A stretch of 62,524 nt of DNA from an uncultured Collinsella sp. (GCA_902479195.1 CABSNT010000001.1:1-62524), one strand, 5' to 3'. Shown: positions 50,424 through 60,810, counted from the stretch's first letter. Notes: generated by a model not told the origin, from the letters alone. Numbers and translations: made by a program.

Positions 50424-53423
50424 CTATTTCTTAAGAAGGTACGAATAGTTGTCGCGCACAGCCCTGATGGTCAGGCGGACGGCCTCGGGAAGACCGGTGT
50501 TGACGGCATCGACCGAGACGGTGCGGACCGTGCCGGCGACGCGGACCTTAAAGTGGTCATCATCCACGGCCAGGAAGCCCTCGTTCTCGGAGTTCTCCAT
50601 GTCCTGCTCCCTCCAGAACAGGGTGAGCTTGTCCTTGTAGGGACGACCCTCCTGGTAGGGGCAGAACACGGCGCAGTTACCGCACTCGTTGCACATGCCG
50701 TCGACATGGACGACCTGATGCTTGGCCAGGCCCGGCACCTTAATTGCCACGTTGGCGCGGTTGGGGCACACGTCGCAGCAGACCTCGCACACCGAGCCGC
50801 AGCCCAGGCAGCGGGTCTTGGTGCAGTTGCGCTTGTCGCGGCACAGCGACCCCTTGCGCTCGTAGCAGGCGTCCTCGCGATCGGCCTGAGCATTCTGGTC
50901 GGCGTACTTGTTAAAGTCCACGCCGGCAATGGCACGGGCGACTTCGGCGGCATCGGCAATAGCCTCGACCACGGTGGCAGGACCGCGGCGGCAGTCGCCC
51001 GCAGCCCAGACGCCCTCGACGCCGGTGGAGGTGGCGGCAAGGCGGCCGCGACGGTCGTGCTCGACGCCCGCGGCATCGTACAGGCTGGCATCGATGCCCT
51101 CGCCCACGGCGCAGATCACCGTGGTGGCGGAAAGCTCGACGGTCTCGCCCGTGGCGACAGGGCTGCGACGGCCGCTTGCATCCGGCTCGCCAAGCTCCAT
51201 AACGTCGCAGGTCAGCACGGCGCCGTTGAGTGCCTTGGGCGCCAGCAGCTCGCAGAGCTCAACGCCGTCGGCAAGAGCAAGATCGAGCTCTTCCTCGTCG
51301 GCGGGCATCTGCTTCTTGGTGCGGCGATACACCAGGCGCACGTTCTTCACGCCAGCCAGACGCTTGGCCACGCGGGCCGCGTCCATGGCGGTGTTGCCGG
51401 CGCCAATGACCACGACGTCCTCGCCCAGCTCGAGTTTCTCGCCCTTCTTGGCGGCCTCGAGGAACTCCAGCACATCGAGCTCGGCACCCTCGCCCAGGCC
51501 CGCAGAGCCGGGCATCCAGGCACCGGTGGCCACGACCACGTCGGTAAAGCCCTGGTCCTTGAGCTCGTCAATGGAATCAACGCGAGCGTTGAGCTGCACC
51601 TTGGCGCCAAAGGCTAGGCAGAGCTCGGCATCGTGGGAGATATCGTCGCTCGCGATACGGAACTCGGGAATCACGTGACGGACCACGCCGCCGAGAGAGT
51701 CGCGGGCCTCGAAGATGGTGACGGGCACGCCGGCACGCGTCAGGAAGAACGCCGTCGCCAGGCCGGCCGGGCCGCCGCCGATAACGGCAACGTTGTGCTC
51801 GCCGTCGTTGGCGATGGCCTGGGCGCGCAGCTTGGGCAGCACGGCAGTCATGGCCTCGCGGGCGGCCTTGAGCTTACTGGCGCGAATCTGGGCGCCCTCG
51901 GGCTCGTAGAACGCACGCTCGCAGGCACGGCCGCAGGGATGCGGGCAGATGGTGCCGGTAATGAACGGCAGGGCGTTGCGCTCGATGATGATGTTGAGTG
52001 CGTCCTCGTAGCGGCCCTCGTCAACGGCCGCCAGGTAGGCGGGAATATCCTGCTGGATGGGGCAGCTCGTGCGGCACGGCGTGGTAAAGCAGTCGGAAAG
52101 CGGGCTCTTGCCGGCGACCTTACGGTCGGGCAGCGGGCGCAGCGGCTTCTTGTAGAGCGGGTTGGTGAGTGAGTCGGTCTGGATCGCAGTCACAGCCTCG
52201 AGAGAGACGCCCGCGAACGGCTTGCCATCCAGGTCGGTAAACTCGCCGGCCATCTGGCTAAAGCGCTCGTAGCCACCAGGCTTGAGCACGTCGGTCGCCA
52301 GGGTGACGGGCCAAATGCCGGCATCGTACAGGGCGCGGATGTTGTAGACCGTGGCACCGCCGGAGTAGCTGATGCGCAGCTTGCCATCAAACTGCTCGGT
52401 AATGCGACGGGCGGCCTCGATGGTCAGCGAGAACAGCGAACGGCCGGACATGTACATCTCGGTGGAGGGCAGCTCGTTTCTCGTCACGTCGACGGGGAAC
52501 GTGTTGGTCAGCTTGACGCCAAACTCCAGGCCGCGCTCGGCGCACAGGGCAATCAGGCGCTCGAACATGGGCACGGCATCGGCCCACTGCAGGTCCTCGC
52601 GGAAGTGCGTGTCATCGAAGACGATGTAGTCAAAACCCAGCTCGTTCAGACGCTGGCGGGCAAACTCATAGCCCAGCAGCGTGGGGTTGCACTTGATGTA
52701 GGTGTTGAGGCCCTTCTCGGTGATCAGATAGGTCGCGATGCGCTCGATCTCCGCCGGCGGGCAGCCATGCAGCGTGGACTCGGTAATGGAGTTGGAGACG
52801 CACGCCGGGATGGACTCGACAAACGCGGCATCGACATGCTCAAACTTGTCCAGGTTAGCGAGCGCCCACGTGCGGCACTCGTTCCAAACCTCGGAGCCGC
52901 TGGCGTCCTTCATGCCCTCGATGTACGCATCGACCTTGGGGCTCTTAATACCCTCGAGGTCATAGCCCACCGACATGTTGAAGACAAAGCCGTCCGGGCT
53001 GCCCAGACCGTACTCGCGAGCGATCAGGTGGCAGGCAAACCATGCCTTCACGTACTCGGCAAAGGCCTGCGGAACCTCGAGCTCGGTCGACCACTCGCAG
53101 TTGTAGCACTCGTCCTGCGCCACGATGCAGGGCTTGTTGACGCACTTGGAGAGCTCCTCGCCGTCCATAACCTGAACGGTCTTGAGCTCAAAGAAGCGGG
53201 AACCGGCCACATAAGAGGCCACGATGTTCTGGGCAAGCTGCGTGTTGGGACCGGCGGCCGGGCCAAACGGAGTCTCGATGCGCTCGTCAAAAATGGGAAG
53301 CGCACCCTCCTGGTTGGTCGTGACCATCTTGCGCACGCCAAAGACGGCGCCCTGAGTCTTGTGCTCCTCGATGATCCAGTTCATCAGCTGCGAAAACGGG
53401 ATCGGCCTCATGATGTCGCTCAT
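50424..53423 (-). CDS. ygfK: Fe-S flavoprotein oxidoreductase YgfK
   Basis: MSDIMRPIPF, GPAAGPNTQ, KLTNTFPV, GGGPAG and CVCPNRAN-type clusters. Confidence 0.93.
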   Translation of the reverse strand: MSDIMRPIPFSQLMNWIIEEHKTQGAVFGVRKMVTTNQEGALPIFDERIETPFGPAAGPNTQLAQNIVASYVAGSRFFELKTVQVMDGEELSKCVNKPCIVAQDECYNCEWSTELEVPQAFAEYVKAWFACHLIAREYGLGSPDGFVFNMSVGYDLEGIKSPKVDAYIEGMKDASGSEVWNECRTWALANLDKFEHVDAAFVESIPACVSNSITESTLHGCPPAEIERIATYLITEKGLNTYIKCNPTLLGYEFARQRLNELGFDYIVFDDTHFREDLQWADAVPMFERLIALCAERGLEFGVKLTNTFPVDVTRNELPSTEMYMSGRSLFSLTIEAARRITEQFDGKLRISYSGGATVYNIRALYDAGIWPVTLATDVLKPGGYERFSQMAGEFTDLDGKPFAGVSLEAVTAIQTDSLTNPLYKKPLRPLPDRKVAGKSPLSDCFTTPCRTSCPIQQDIPAYLAAVDEGRYEDALNIIIERNALPFITGTICPHPCGRACERAFYEPEGAQIRASKLKAAREAMTAVLPKLRAQAIANDGEHNVAVIGGGPAGLATAFFLTRAGVPVTIFEARDSLGGVVRHVIPEFRIASDDISHDAELCLAFGAKVQLNARVDSIDELKDQGFTDVVVATGAWMPGSAGLGEGAELDVLEFLEAAKKGEKLELGEDVVVIGAGNTAMDAARVAKRLAGVKNVRLVYRRTKKQMPADEEELDLALADGVELCELLAPKALNGAVLTCDVMELGEPDASGRRSPVATGETVELSATTVICAVGEGIDASLYDAAGVEHDRRGRLAATSTGVEGVWAAGDCRRGPATVVEAIADAAEVARAIAGVDFNKYADQNAQADREDACYERKGSLCRDKRNCTKTRCLGCGSVCEVCCDVCPNRANVAIKVPGLAKHQVVHVDGMCNECGNCAVFCPYQEGRPYKDKLTLFWREQDMENSENEGFLAVDDDHFKVRVAGTVRTVSVDAVNTGLPEAVRLTIRAVRDNYSYLLKK

Positions 53424-53572
53424 AATGAGCTCCTCTCTGTAACGCCCGGCGAGACCGCGCGACGGGCGCAAATACGGTGTAGCGCTAGCACAGCGCCGGC
53501 GACCCCGCGGAGGCCGCCTATGCGCGCGCCGGATGCGGCGAAACATCCGACGCGCGCGAATCTACTTGTGAA

Positions 53573-54928
53573 TTAGTAGGTGCGATCGTTGAGCGTGCTC
53601 CAGAGCTTCTTGGACTCGGCCATGGTCCACGCGTTGATCTTTTCCTCATCAATGCCAACGAACTCGCGATCCTTGTACAGGACGCGGCCGTTGATGATGG
53701 TGGTGCGGCAGTTTTTGCCCATCATGCCAAAGAGCATGTGGCCGTCGATATTCTCCTCGCTCAGCGGCGTAAAGGGCTTGTAGTCCATAACGATAACGTC
53801 GGCGGCAGCGCCGGCCTCGAGCACACCGAGCTTGCGATCGAAGTACTTGCTCGCCATCTTGGCGTTGTTCTCGAACAGCATGGTCATGGCCTCACACCAG
53901 CCCACGTTGGGCATGGCGGCGTTGTGGCGCTGAATGATCAGGAAGACCTTAAGGCTCTCGAGCATATCGTGGGTATAGGCGTCGGTGCCCATGCACACGG
54001 GGATGCCGCGGCGGAAGAATTCGAGCACGGGGGCGCAGCCCACGGCGTTGCCCATATTGGATTCGGGGTTGTTGACGAGCCAGGTGCCGGACTCCTTGAC
54101 GATATCCATCTCGGCAGGCGTCACGTGGATGCAGTGGCCGAGCATGGTGTCGGGACCCAGCAGGTTGTGCTGCAGCAGGCGCTCGACCGGGCTGATGCCA
54201 CCGCGGTTGAGGCGGGAATCCCACACGTCATTCATGCCCTCGCACACATGGATGTGGAAGCCGGTCAGGCCGTTGTTGGCCTCGGCCATCTTGTCCATGG
54301 TCTCGTCCGACAGCGTAAAGGTGGCGTGACCGCCAAACATGGCGGCGATCATGTGGTTATCGTTATCGCGACGCTCCTTGGCGGCCCACTGGGCAAACTC
54401 GGCGTTCTCGGCAATGGCCTGGTCGCATTTTTCCTGGCCGCGGCGATCAGAGACCTCGTAGCACAGGCACGAACGCATGCCCAGCTCCTGAGCTGCATCC
54501 TTAATGGTGAAGAGGCTTCCCGGGATCTCGCAGAAGCTCGCATGGTGATCGAAGATCGTGGTGACGCCATCGCGGATGGAGTCAAGAATCGTGGCATAGG
54601 CGCTGGCCTTGGTGCCGTCGAGCGTCAGGTTGTCGTCGATCTTCCACCACTGCTGCTCAAGATTCTCCAGGAAGTTGGTGGGGTTGCAGCCCTTAATGGC
54701 AAGGCCGCGGGCCAGACCCGAGTAGATGTGGGTGTGGCAGTTGATAAGTCCGGGCATGATGAGGTTGCCCTGGGCGTCGACGTACTCGGCATCCGGGTAC
54801 TTGGCCTTGAGCTCGCACTCGGGCCCCACTTCGACGATCGTATCTCCGTCAATGGCGACCGCACCGTTTGGAATGAACGGGGTCTGAGCGTTGCGAGTAA
54901 AGACGGAACCGTTAGCGACCAGAAGCAT
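53573..54928 (-). CDS. ssnA: Amidohydrolase SsnA
   Basis: HTHIYSGLARG, DHHAS and NNPESNMGNAVG motifs. Confidence 0.93.
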   Translation of the reverse strand: MLLVANGSVFTRNAQTPFIPNGAVAIDGDTIVEVGPECELKAKYPDAEYVDAQGNLIMPGLINCHTHIYSGLARGLAIKGCNPTNFLENLEQQWWKIDDNLTLDGTKASAYATILDSIRDGVTTIFDHHASFCEIPGSLFTIKDAAQELGMRSCLCYEVSDRRGQEKCDQAIAENAEFAQWAAKERRDNDNHMIAAMFGGHATFTLSDETMDKMAEANNGLTGFHIHVCEGMNDVWDSRLNRGGISPVERLLQHNLLGPDTMLGHCIHVTPAEMDIVKESGTWLVNNPESNMGNAVGCAPVLEFFRRGIPVCMGTDAYTHDMLESLKVFLIIQRHNAAMPNVGWCEAMTMLFENNAKMASKYFDRKLGVLEAGAAADVIVMDYKPFTPLSEENIDGHMLFGMMGKNCRTTIINGRVLYKDREFVGIDEEKINAWTMAESKKLWSTLNDRTY

Positions 54929-55123
54929 GGATGCTCCCTTCAACATCAGGGGCGGGGTTTGACACCTCTGACATGGCGGAGTGCGAAGCGCCGGCCTACA
55001 CCGGAAACGGGCCCTCTCCCGTCAACGCTTCACCAAAGGGACAAACCCTTTGAAGTGCGGCTTGGCGCCGCATGGCGTCGGCGGACGAGGCGATGCGTCC
55101 GCCGACGAATAGCACCGAATTGG

Positions 55124-56518
55124 TTACTTCTTGCTCTCGGGCAAGACCAGATCCACGGCAGCGTCCTTGGCAGCATCGATGTGCTGAGCCACGACCGGCG
55201 TCTGCGGAAGGATCAGGTTAAGGACAATGGCCATGATGGCGGTGGGGGTTACGGCATTGGAGCCGATGACGGTGGACACCCAGGCGGGCATACCCTCGCC
55301 GGCAAGGCAACCGCTGGCCATCCAGATACCCAGGCCAAAGACGACGGAGGTGCCGACGATAGTGGTAGTGCGCTGCGTGAGGCCCTCGCGGGTGAACATG
55401 CGCACGCCGTTCATGGTGATGGTGCCAAAGACGCCGACGGTCGCGCCGCCGATGACGGGCTGCGGGATAGCGGAAAGGACGGCAGAGAGCTGCGGGAACA
55501 GACCGGCGATGGCAAAGACGGCCGCGATGATCACAAAGACCCACTTGTTGACGACCTTGTTGGAGCAGATGATGCCCACGTTCTGGCCAAGGGCGCTGGT
55601 GGGAAGACCGCCCAGCAGGCCGCCGACCATAGAGGTGAGGCCCTGGGACACGATAGCGCCGGAGAGCTCGCGCTCGGTGGGCATACGGTCGATGGAGCCC
55701 AGGCAGGCGGCGGAGACGTCACCGATAACCTGGATGGCAACCATGGGGAACACGACGGCGAGGGTAATGCAGACCTCGGGATCAAACTCGAGCGCGTAGG
55801 GCATGAGCTTGGGAAGGGCGAAGACCTGAGCGGTGGCGACGCTGGAGAAGTCGATCATGCCAAAGGGGATGGAGACGATCATGCCAACGATCATGCCAAA
55901 GAACACGGATCCCAGCTTGAGCGTGCCCTTGCCAAAGTTGGCGAGCGCAAAGACCACGGCGAAGGTGATAAGAGCGACGCACCAGGCCTGCGGGGTGCCC
56001 CACAGCGGCGTACCCATACCGCCGGCCATATACTTGACGGCCGTGGGATACAGCGAAACGCCGATGGAGAAGATGACCGTACCGGTCACGACGGGCGGGA
56101 ACAGCCACTTGATCTTGCTGTAGGCCAGACCAAAGAGGACCGCGACGGCGCCGCCGACGATCTCGCCGCCCAGCAGTGCACCAAAGCTAAAGCCCGAGGC
56201 GCCCATGGCCTGCAGGGCCGGCAGGAACGCGAACGAAACGCCCATGACGATGGGCAGGCCGCCGCCGATGCGACGGAAGGGAGCGAAGGCCTGAAGGGCC
56301 GTATCGATCGCCGAAAGAATGAGCGCGACCTGGATGATGTCGGTGCTCTGCTGGCTATTAAAGCCGTAGACGCCGGCCATGATGACCGCCGGGGTAATGA
56401 TGCCGGCAAACGATGCCAGTACGTGCTGAAGGGCACACGGGATCATTTCCTTAACGGGAGGCATGCCTTCGCGAGTGAACAGGGCTTCAGTGCCGTTCGT
56501 AACCGTCTCCTGGGTCAT
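55124..56518 (-). CDS. NCS2 (uracil/xanthine/urate) permease
   Basis: ALQHVLA, FPPVVTG, signature QNVG and IPQPVIGG motifs. Confidence 0.92.
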   Translation of the reverse strand: MTQETVTNGTEALFTREGMPPVKEMIPCALQHVLASFAGIITPAVIMAGVYGFNSQQSTDIIQVALILSAIDTALQAFAPFRRIGGGLPIVMGVSFAFLPALQAMGASGFSFGALLGGEIVGGAVAVLFGLAYSKIKWLFPPVVTGTVIFSIGVSLYPTAVKYMAGGMGTPLWGTPQAWCVALITFAVVFALANFGKGTLKLGSVFFGMIVGMIVSIPFGMIDFSSVATAQVFALPKLMPYALEFDPEVCITLAVVFPMVAIQVIGDVSAACLGSIDRMPTERELSGAIVSQGLTSMVGGLLGGLPTSALGQNVGIICSNKVVNKWVFVIIAAVFAIAGLFPQLSAVLSAIPQPVIGGATVGVFGTITMNGVRMFTREGLTQRTTTIVGTSVVFGLGIWMASGCLAGEGMPAWVSTVIGSNAVTPTAIMAIVLNLILPQTPVVAQHIDAAKDAAVDLVLPESKK

Positions 56519-56870
56519 TTGACCACCAATCCTCGAAGTAGTTGTTTTCGCATCTAACGCTCTATTGTGACGCAGTGCGGGGTTGAGGTTGTGCCTTCAT
56601 TGCATATCGTATTAAAGATGATTCTCATTCTCAATAATAATTTTTTGTTATCAGACTATTCTTCAGCTGAAATAACGCATTTCCGCAGGTCAGGAAAGTG
56701 TCTGGTCAAAATAACATCTAACATTTCTTTTGGTCAACCGTTTACCGCTAAATTCCTACCGTTCGTCTGCATTACGCAATGTACCTGCGGATATACGAGA
56801 TGATGGGCAGCGTGTTACCATGAGAAAAAATTGTTATGAACATTTCCGATTTCACCCAAAGGAGTTGCCC

Positions 56871-57527
56871 GTGAACGAGACCGTACGTCGCTTTTTGCCG
56901 ATGGTCGATTTTCTGGAGCAGATACTCGGCAAAAACAGCGAAATCGTGCTGCACGATTTCTCGGATCCCGACCACGCCATCGTCGATATTCGCAACGGCA
57001 TCGTGAGCGGCCGCAAGGTCGGCGGTCCCGCCACCGATCTGGCACTCAAGATCATGCACGACGCCAAGTATCGCGACCTGCCGTTTATTACGGGCTACGA
57101 GGGGCGCGGTGCCGGCGGCAAGACGTTGGAGTCAGCGACGTACTTTATCCGCGAGAATGATGAGATCGTCGGTATGCTCTGCGTCAACACCGACCTCTCG
57201 ACCGTGCGCTCCATCAACGCCATGGCGCAGCAGCTCATGGCGTGCTTCGACGCGGCGCCGACGCGCACGGAGCCCGCCCCTATCGAGGTCGAAAGCCTTT
57301 CGGAGTCTACACAGGAGCTCATCGACCGCAGCATTGCCGAGTTGCTGAGCGCGCGTGGGCTGGATGTAGCGTCGCTTGGTCAGAGCGACCGCGTGGACGT
57401 CATTCGCCACCTCAACGGCAACGGGGTGTTCATGCTCAAGGGCGCTGTTGCCTGCGCCGCCACCGCGCTGGGCATCTCGGAGCCCAGCGTCTACCGCTAC
57501 CTGCAAAAAGTTCGCAAGGAAGGCTAA
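56871..57527 (+). CDS. YheO-like PAS + HTH transcriptional regulator (second paralog)
   Basis: SEIVLHDF, NGIVSGRKVGGP and GVFMLKGAV...ISEPSVYRYL motifs; GTG start with GGAG RBS. Confidence 0.9.
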   Translation: MNETVRRFLPMVDFLEQILGKNSEIVLHDFSDPDHAIVDIRNGIVSGRKVGGPATDLALKIMHDAKYRDLPFITGYEGRGAGGKTLESATYFIRENDEIVGMLCVNTDLSTVRSINAMAQQLMACFDAAPTRTEPAPIEVESLSESTQELIDRSIAELLSARGLDVASLGQSDRVDVIRHLNGNGVFMLKGAVACAATALGISEPSVYRYLQKVRKEG

Positions 57528-57571
57528 CGAGCAAAATGGAGCGCGGCTCCACAAGCGATCCATCACTTGAC

Positions 57572-57610
57572 AAAAGACCCTGCAGCTCGCACGCGCTGCA
57601 GGGTCTTTTT
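57572..57610. terminator. Bidirectional terminator
   Basis: AAAAGACCCTGCAGC...GCTGCAGGGTCTTTTT. Confidence 0.85.
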
Positions 57611-57639
57611 GCATGTCATGTTTAGTTGTGGCCAACGCC

Positions 57640-58017
57640 TTAGAGAGCGGCGATGACCTCGATCTCGACCAGACCGCCAGCCGGAAGGGCGGCAACCTGG
57701 AAGGCGCTGCGCGCGGGGAACGGGGCCTCGAACTTGGAGGCGTAGATCTCGTTCACGGCGGCGAAGTCGGCGATGTCGGCCAGGTAGACCGTGGTCTTGA
57801 CGACATCGGCAAAGGTGGCGCCGGCAGCGGTCAGCAGGGCCTCGACGTTGGCGAGGGACTGCTTGGCCTGGGCCTCGACGCCCTCGGGCATCTTGCCGGT
57901 CGCGGGATCGATGCCCAGCTGGCCGGACAGGAACACCTTGTTGCCGGCCTGGATACCGGGGGAATACGGGCCGATGGCTGCGGGTGCGTTATCGGAAGAC
58001 ACGACGGTCTTGCTCAT
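57640..58017 (-). CDS. ridA: RidA family 2-iminoacid deaminase
   Basis: APAAIGPYS, SGQLG and PARS...LP..GLVEIE motifs. Confidence 0.92.
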   Translation of the reverse strand: MSKTVVSSDNAPAAIGPYSPGIQAGNKVFLSGQLGIDPATGKMPEGVEAQAKQSLANVEALLTAAGATFADVVKTTVYLADIADFAAVNEIYASKFEAPFPARSAFQVAALPAGGLVEIEVIAAL

Positions 58018-58317
58018 GTTTTTCTCCTTACGATCAATTGAGAGAGCGTGAGCGCGGTGTTCACACCGGGAGGCACAGTTCGGTCTGAACACCGCGCTTG
58101 ATTGGGATAGTACTCAAGGTTTCCGCGCGATGCAAGATTATTATCACGTTGCGAGAATATTTTATCGCCCAACGGTTTCCCCGAACCGCTGAACGGTTCT
58201 CATGTGGAGCAGCCAGTCCAAGCTGCTGAAGACTTTGTCCTGCTTAGGCTGCGGGCGTCGCCCACCGCAGCGACGCCACTATACTTTTGGATATCTGAGC
58301 ATTTTGAAAGGCAGGAT

Positions 58318-60810
58318 ATGACCGCAACCGCCAGTCGAACCACCAACCGCAGACCCGAGCTTTTAGCGCCCGCCGGAGGACCCGAGCCCTTTGCCGCCGC
58401 ACTCGCCGCTGGCGCTGATGCCATCTACTGCGGCATGGGCAGCTTCAACGCCCGCCGCAAGGCCACCAACTTTACCGACGAGGCCTTTGAGCAAGCCTGC
58501 CGCGCCGCGCATCTAGCCGGGTCGCGCGTCTACGTCACGGTCAACATCGTCATCAAGCAGTCCGAGATGGGCGATGCACTGCAGCTCATCCATCGCTGCT
58601 CCACGCTGGGCGCCGACGCCTTCATTATCCAGGACTGGGGCCTGTTCTTTGAGGTCAAGCGCACGATGCCCGGCATCGAGACGCACATCTCGACCCAAGC
58701 AAACATCCACGACGACCGCGGAACCCTTTGGTGCCGTGAGCAGGGCGCCGACCGCGTGACCCTCTCGCGCGAGCTCTCCATCGACGAGATTGCTGCCATC
58801 CACGACGCCGCGCCCGACGTTGACCTGGAGGTCTTTAGCCACGGTGCCATCTGCTTTTGCTACTCGGGCCTATGCCTGCTCTCGAGCTTTGCCATGGCGG
58901 GCCGCTCGGCCAACCGCGGCATGTGCGCCCAGCCCTGCCGCCTGCCCTACGAGCTGATCGACGAAAACGGTCGCGCTCTCTCCCCCGCCGGCCGCGAGCG
59001 CGCGCTGTGCCCGCGCGACACCAACACATCGCAGCTTGTTCGCCGTCTGTATGACGCCGGCGCCGCATCGCTCAAGCTCGAGGGCCGCATGAAGGCTCCC
59101 GATTACGTGTACTCCATCGTCGATGTGTATCGTCACGAAATTGACGACATGCTATCCGGAGCCGCCGTTGCCAAGGACGAGGAAGCCGCCCGCCAGCGCC
59201 AGCTCAAGCGCTGCTTCAACCGCGACTTTACGCACGCCTATCAGGACGGCACCTCGGGCGACGAGATGATGAGCTATGAGCGTTCCAACAACCGCGGCCA
59301 GATCGTGGGCACGGTGCTGGGCAGCCGCCCGGCCAACCGCGATGTGCGCGGCCTCAAGCCCGACGACCGCCGTCGCCGCGCCGCCATCGCCCGCATTGAG
59401 CTGTTTGAGCCCGTGGGCAAAGGCGACCTGCTGGAGCTTCGCCACGATAACGAGTTTGACCAGTTCCTGACCACCATTGCCGCCGATGATGCCGCCGCCG
59501 GTGACATCATTGAGTGCCGCGTGCCCCGCAGCATGCCTGAGGGCTGCCGCGTCCGCGTGATTCGCAGTCAGCGCGCCATCGACGCCGCCGGCGCCGCACT
59601 CAAGCGCGATGTGCTGCGCCGCCGAGCTGTTGACGTGTCCGTCGTGGCGCGCCTGGGCGAGCCGTTTACTGTCACACTCACCTGCTGCGATGATCCTTCG
59701 CTTGCGGCCACGGCCACGGGCTTTACCGTCGAGGCTGCTAAGACCCGCGCCGTTGAGGCGGCAGACCTGGTTGAACATGTGGGCCGCATGGGCTCCTCGC
59801 CCTTTGAGGCTGCGAGCTTTGATGTGACACTCGATGAGGGCTGCGGCATGGGCTTCTCCGCCGTGCACAAGGTGCGCGCCGCCGCCTGCAAAGCATTGGA
59901 GGAGGCCATTCTGGCGCCGTACGAGGAGCGCGCGAAAACGCTCGAGCTGCCGGTACTCGACAAATGTACGCGCGCCATGCCCGAGCATTACCGCGATGAG
60001 CCGCAGATCTGCGCCGCCGTCACCACACTCGAAGCCGCCGAGGCGGCTCGTGCCGAGGGCGCCACGCGCATCTACATGACCACCGATGCGCTCGATGCTG
60101 TCGGACTCTCCCCTGCCGATGCATTTGAGCAGGGTATCGTGCCCGTACTCGACGAGGTCTGCCGCGCCGTCGACCACGAGCGCGTCGACCCGTGGGTTGT
60201 TGCCGGCGCCACGGTCGCTATCGGCAACATCTCTGAGCTTGCCCTGGCCGCCCAGGTTGGCGCCACGGCCGAGATTCGCTCTTGCCTGCCGGTGCACAAC
60301 ACGCCCTGCATGGAGGCGCTTGCCGAGCGCGGAGCCGGTGCGTTTTGGCTCTCGCCCGAGATCACACTCGACGAGATTGTCTCGCTCGGCGCCGCCGCGC
60401 CCGCGGCTCTGGGCATCACCGTCTTTGGCCGCCCGCGCGTTATGACGAGCGAGCACTGCATCCTGCAGGTGGCCAATGGCTGCATCCACGATTGTGCCAG
60501 CTGCCGTCTGCGCGCCCGCAAGCTGTCGCTCAAGAATATCGACGGCAAGGTCATGCCGGTGCGTACCGACATCCACGGCCGCTCACGCTTGTACGACGCC
60601 TACCCCATCGACCTCACGCCTCAGGTTCCACAGTTACTCGATGCCGGCGTGCGCCGTCTTATGGTCGACGGAACCCTGCTCGAGGCCGATGAGATCGCCC
60701 GTGCCGTCGCTCGCGTCCGTCGCGCCGTCGAGGCGGCTCAAGCCGGCCGCAAGCCCGCCGCCCGCCTGCGCGGGGCGACCTCGGGCTGCATGTTTGTGGG
60801 AATCAGCTAA
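58318..60810 (+). CDS. Peptidase U32 family with DUF3656-like region (RlhA-like RNA hydroxylase)
   Basis: PELLAPAG, HISTQ, HGAICFCYSGLC, GRSANRGMCAQPCR and KLEGRMK motifs. Confidence 0.88.
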   Translation: MTATASRTTNRRPELLAPAGGPEPFAAALAAGADAIYCGMGSFNARRKATNFTDEAFEQACRAAHLAGSRVYVTVNIVIKQSEMGDALQLIHRCSTLGADAFIIQDWGLFFEVKRTMPGIETHISTQANIHDDRGTLWCREQGADRVTLSRELSIDEIAAIHDAAPDVDLEVFSHGAICFCYSGLCLLSSFAMAGRSANRGMCAQPCRLPYELIDENGRALSPAGRERALCPRDTNTSQLVRRLYDAGAASLKLEGRMKAPDYVYSIVDVYRHEIDDMLSGAAVAKDEEAARQRQLKRCFNRDFTHAYQDGTSGDEMMSYERSNNRGQIVGTVLGSRPANRDVRGLKPDDRRRRAAIARIELFEPVGKGDLLELRHDNEFDQFLTTIAADDAAAGDIIECRVPRSMPEGCRVRVIRSQRAIDAAGAALKRDVLRRRAVDVSVVARLGEPFTVTLTCCDDPSLAATATGFTVEAAKTRAVEAADLVEHVGRMGSSPFEAASFDVTLDEGCGMGFSAVHKVRAAACKALEEAILAPYEERAKTLELPVLDKCTRAMPEHYRDEPQICAAVTTLEAAEAARAEGATRIYMTTDALDAVGLSPADAFEQGIVPVLDEVCRAVDHERVDPWVVAGATVAIGNISELALAAQVGATAEIRSCLPVHNTPCMEALAERGAGAFWLSPEITLDEIVSLGAAAPAALGITVFGRPRVMTSEHCILQVANGCIHDCASCRLRARKLSLKNIDGKVMPVRTDIHGRSRLYDAYPIDLTPQVPQLLDAGVRRLMVDGTLLEADEIARAVARVRRAVEAAQAGRKPAARLRGATSGCMFVGIS

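Noticed and set aside
46978..50448. 1156-aa plus-strand ORF
   Set aside because: Antisense shadow of xdh and the ferredoxin gene in high-GC DNA; no recognisable motifs.
29850..54928. Selenocysteine (UGA) readthrough in the selenium-linked cluster
   Set aside because: The ORFs are full length with no internal UGA; this system uses a labile Se cofactor.
53738..56557. 939-aa plus-strand ORF, and similar long ORFs at 19670, 24624, 27606, 29835, 32641, 34074, 36105 and 37577
   Set aside because: All are antisense to well-supported genes.
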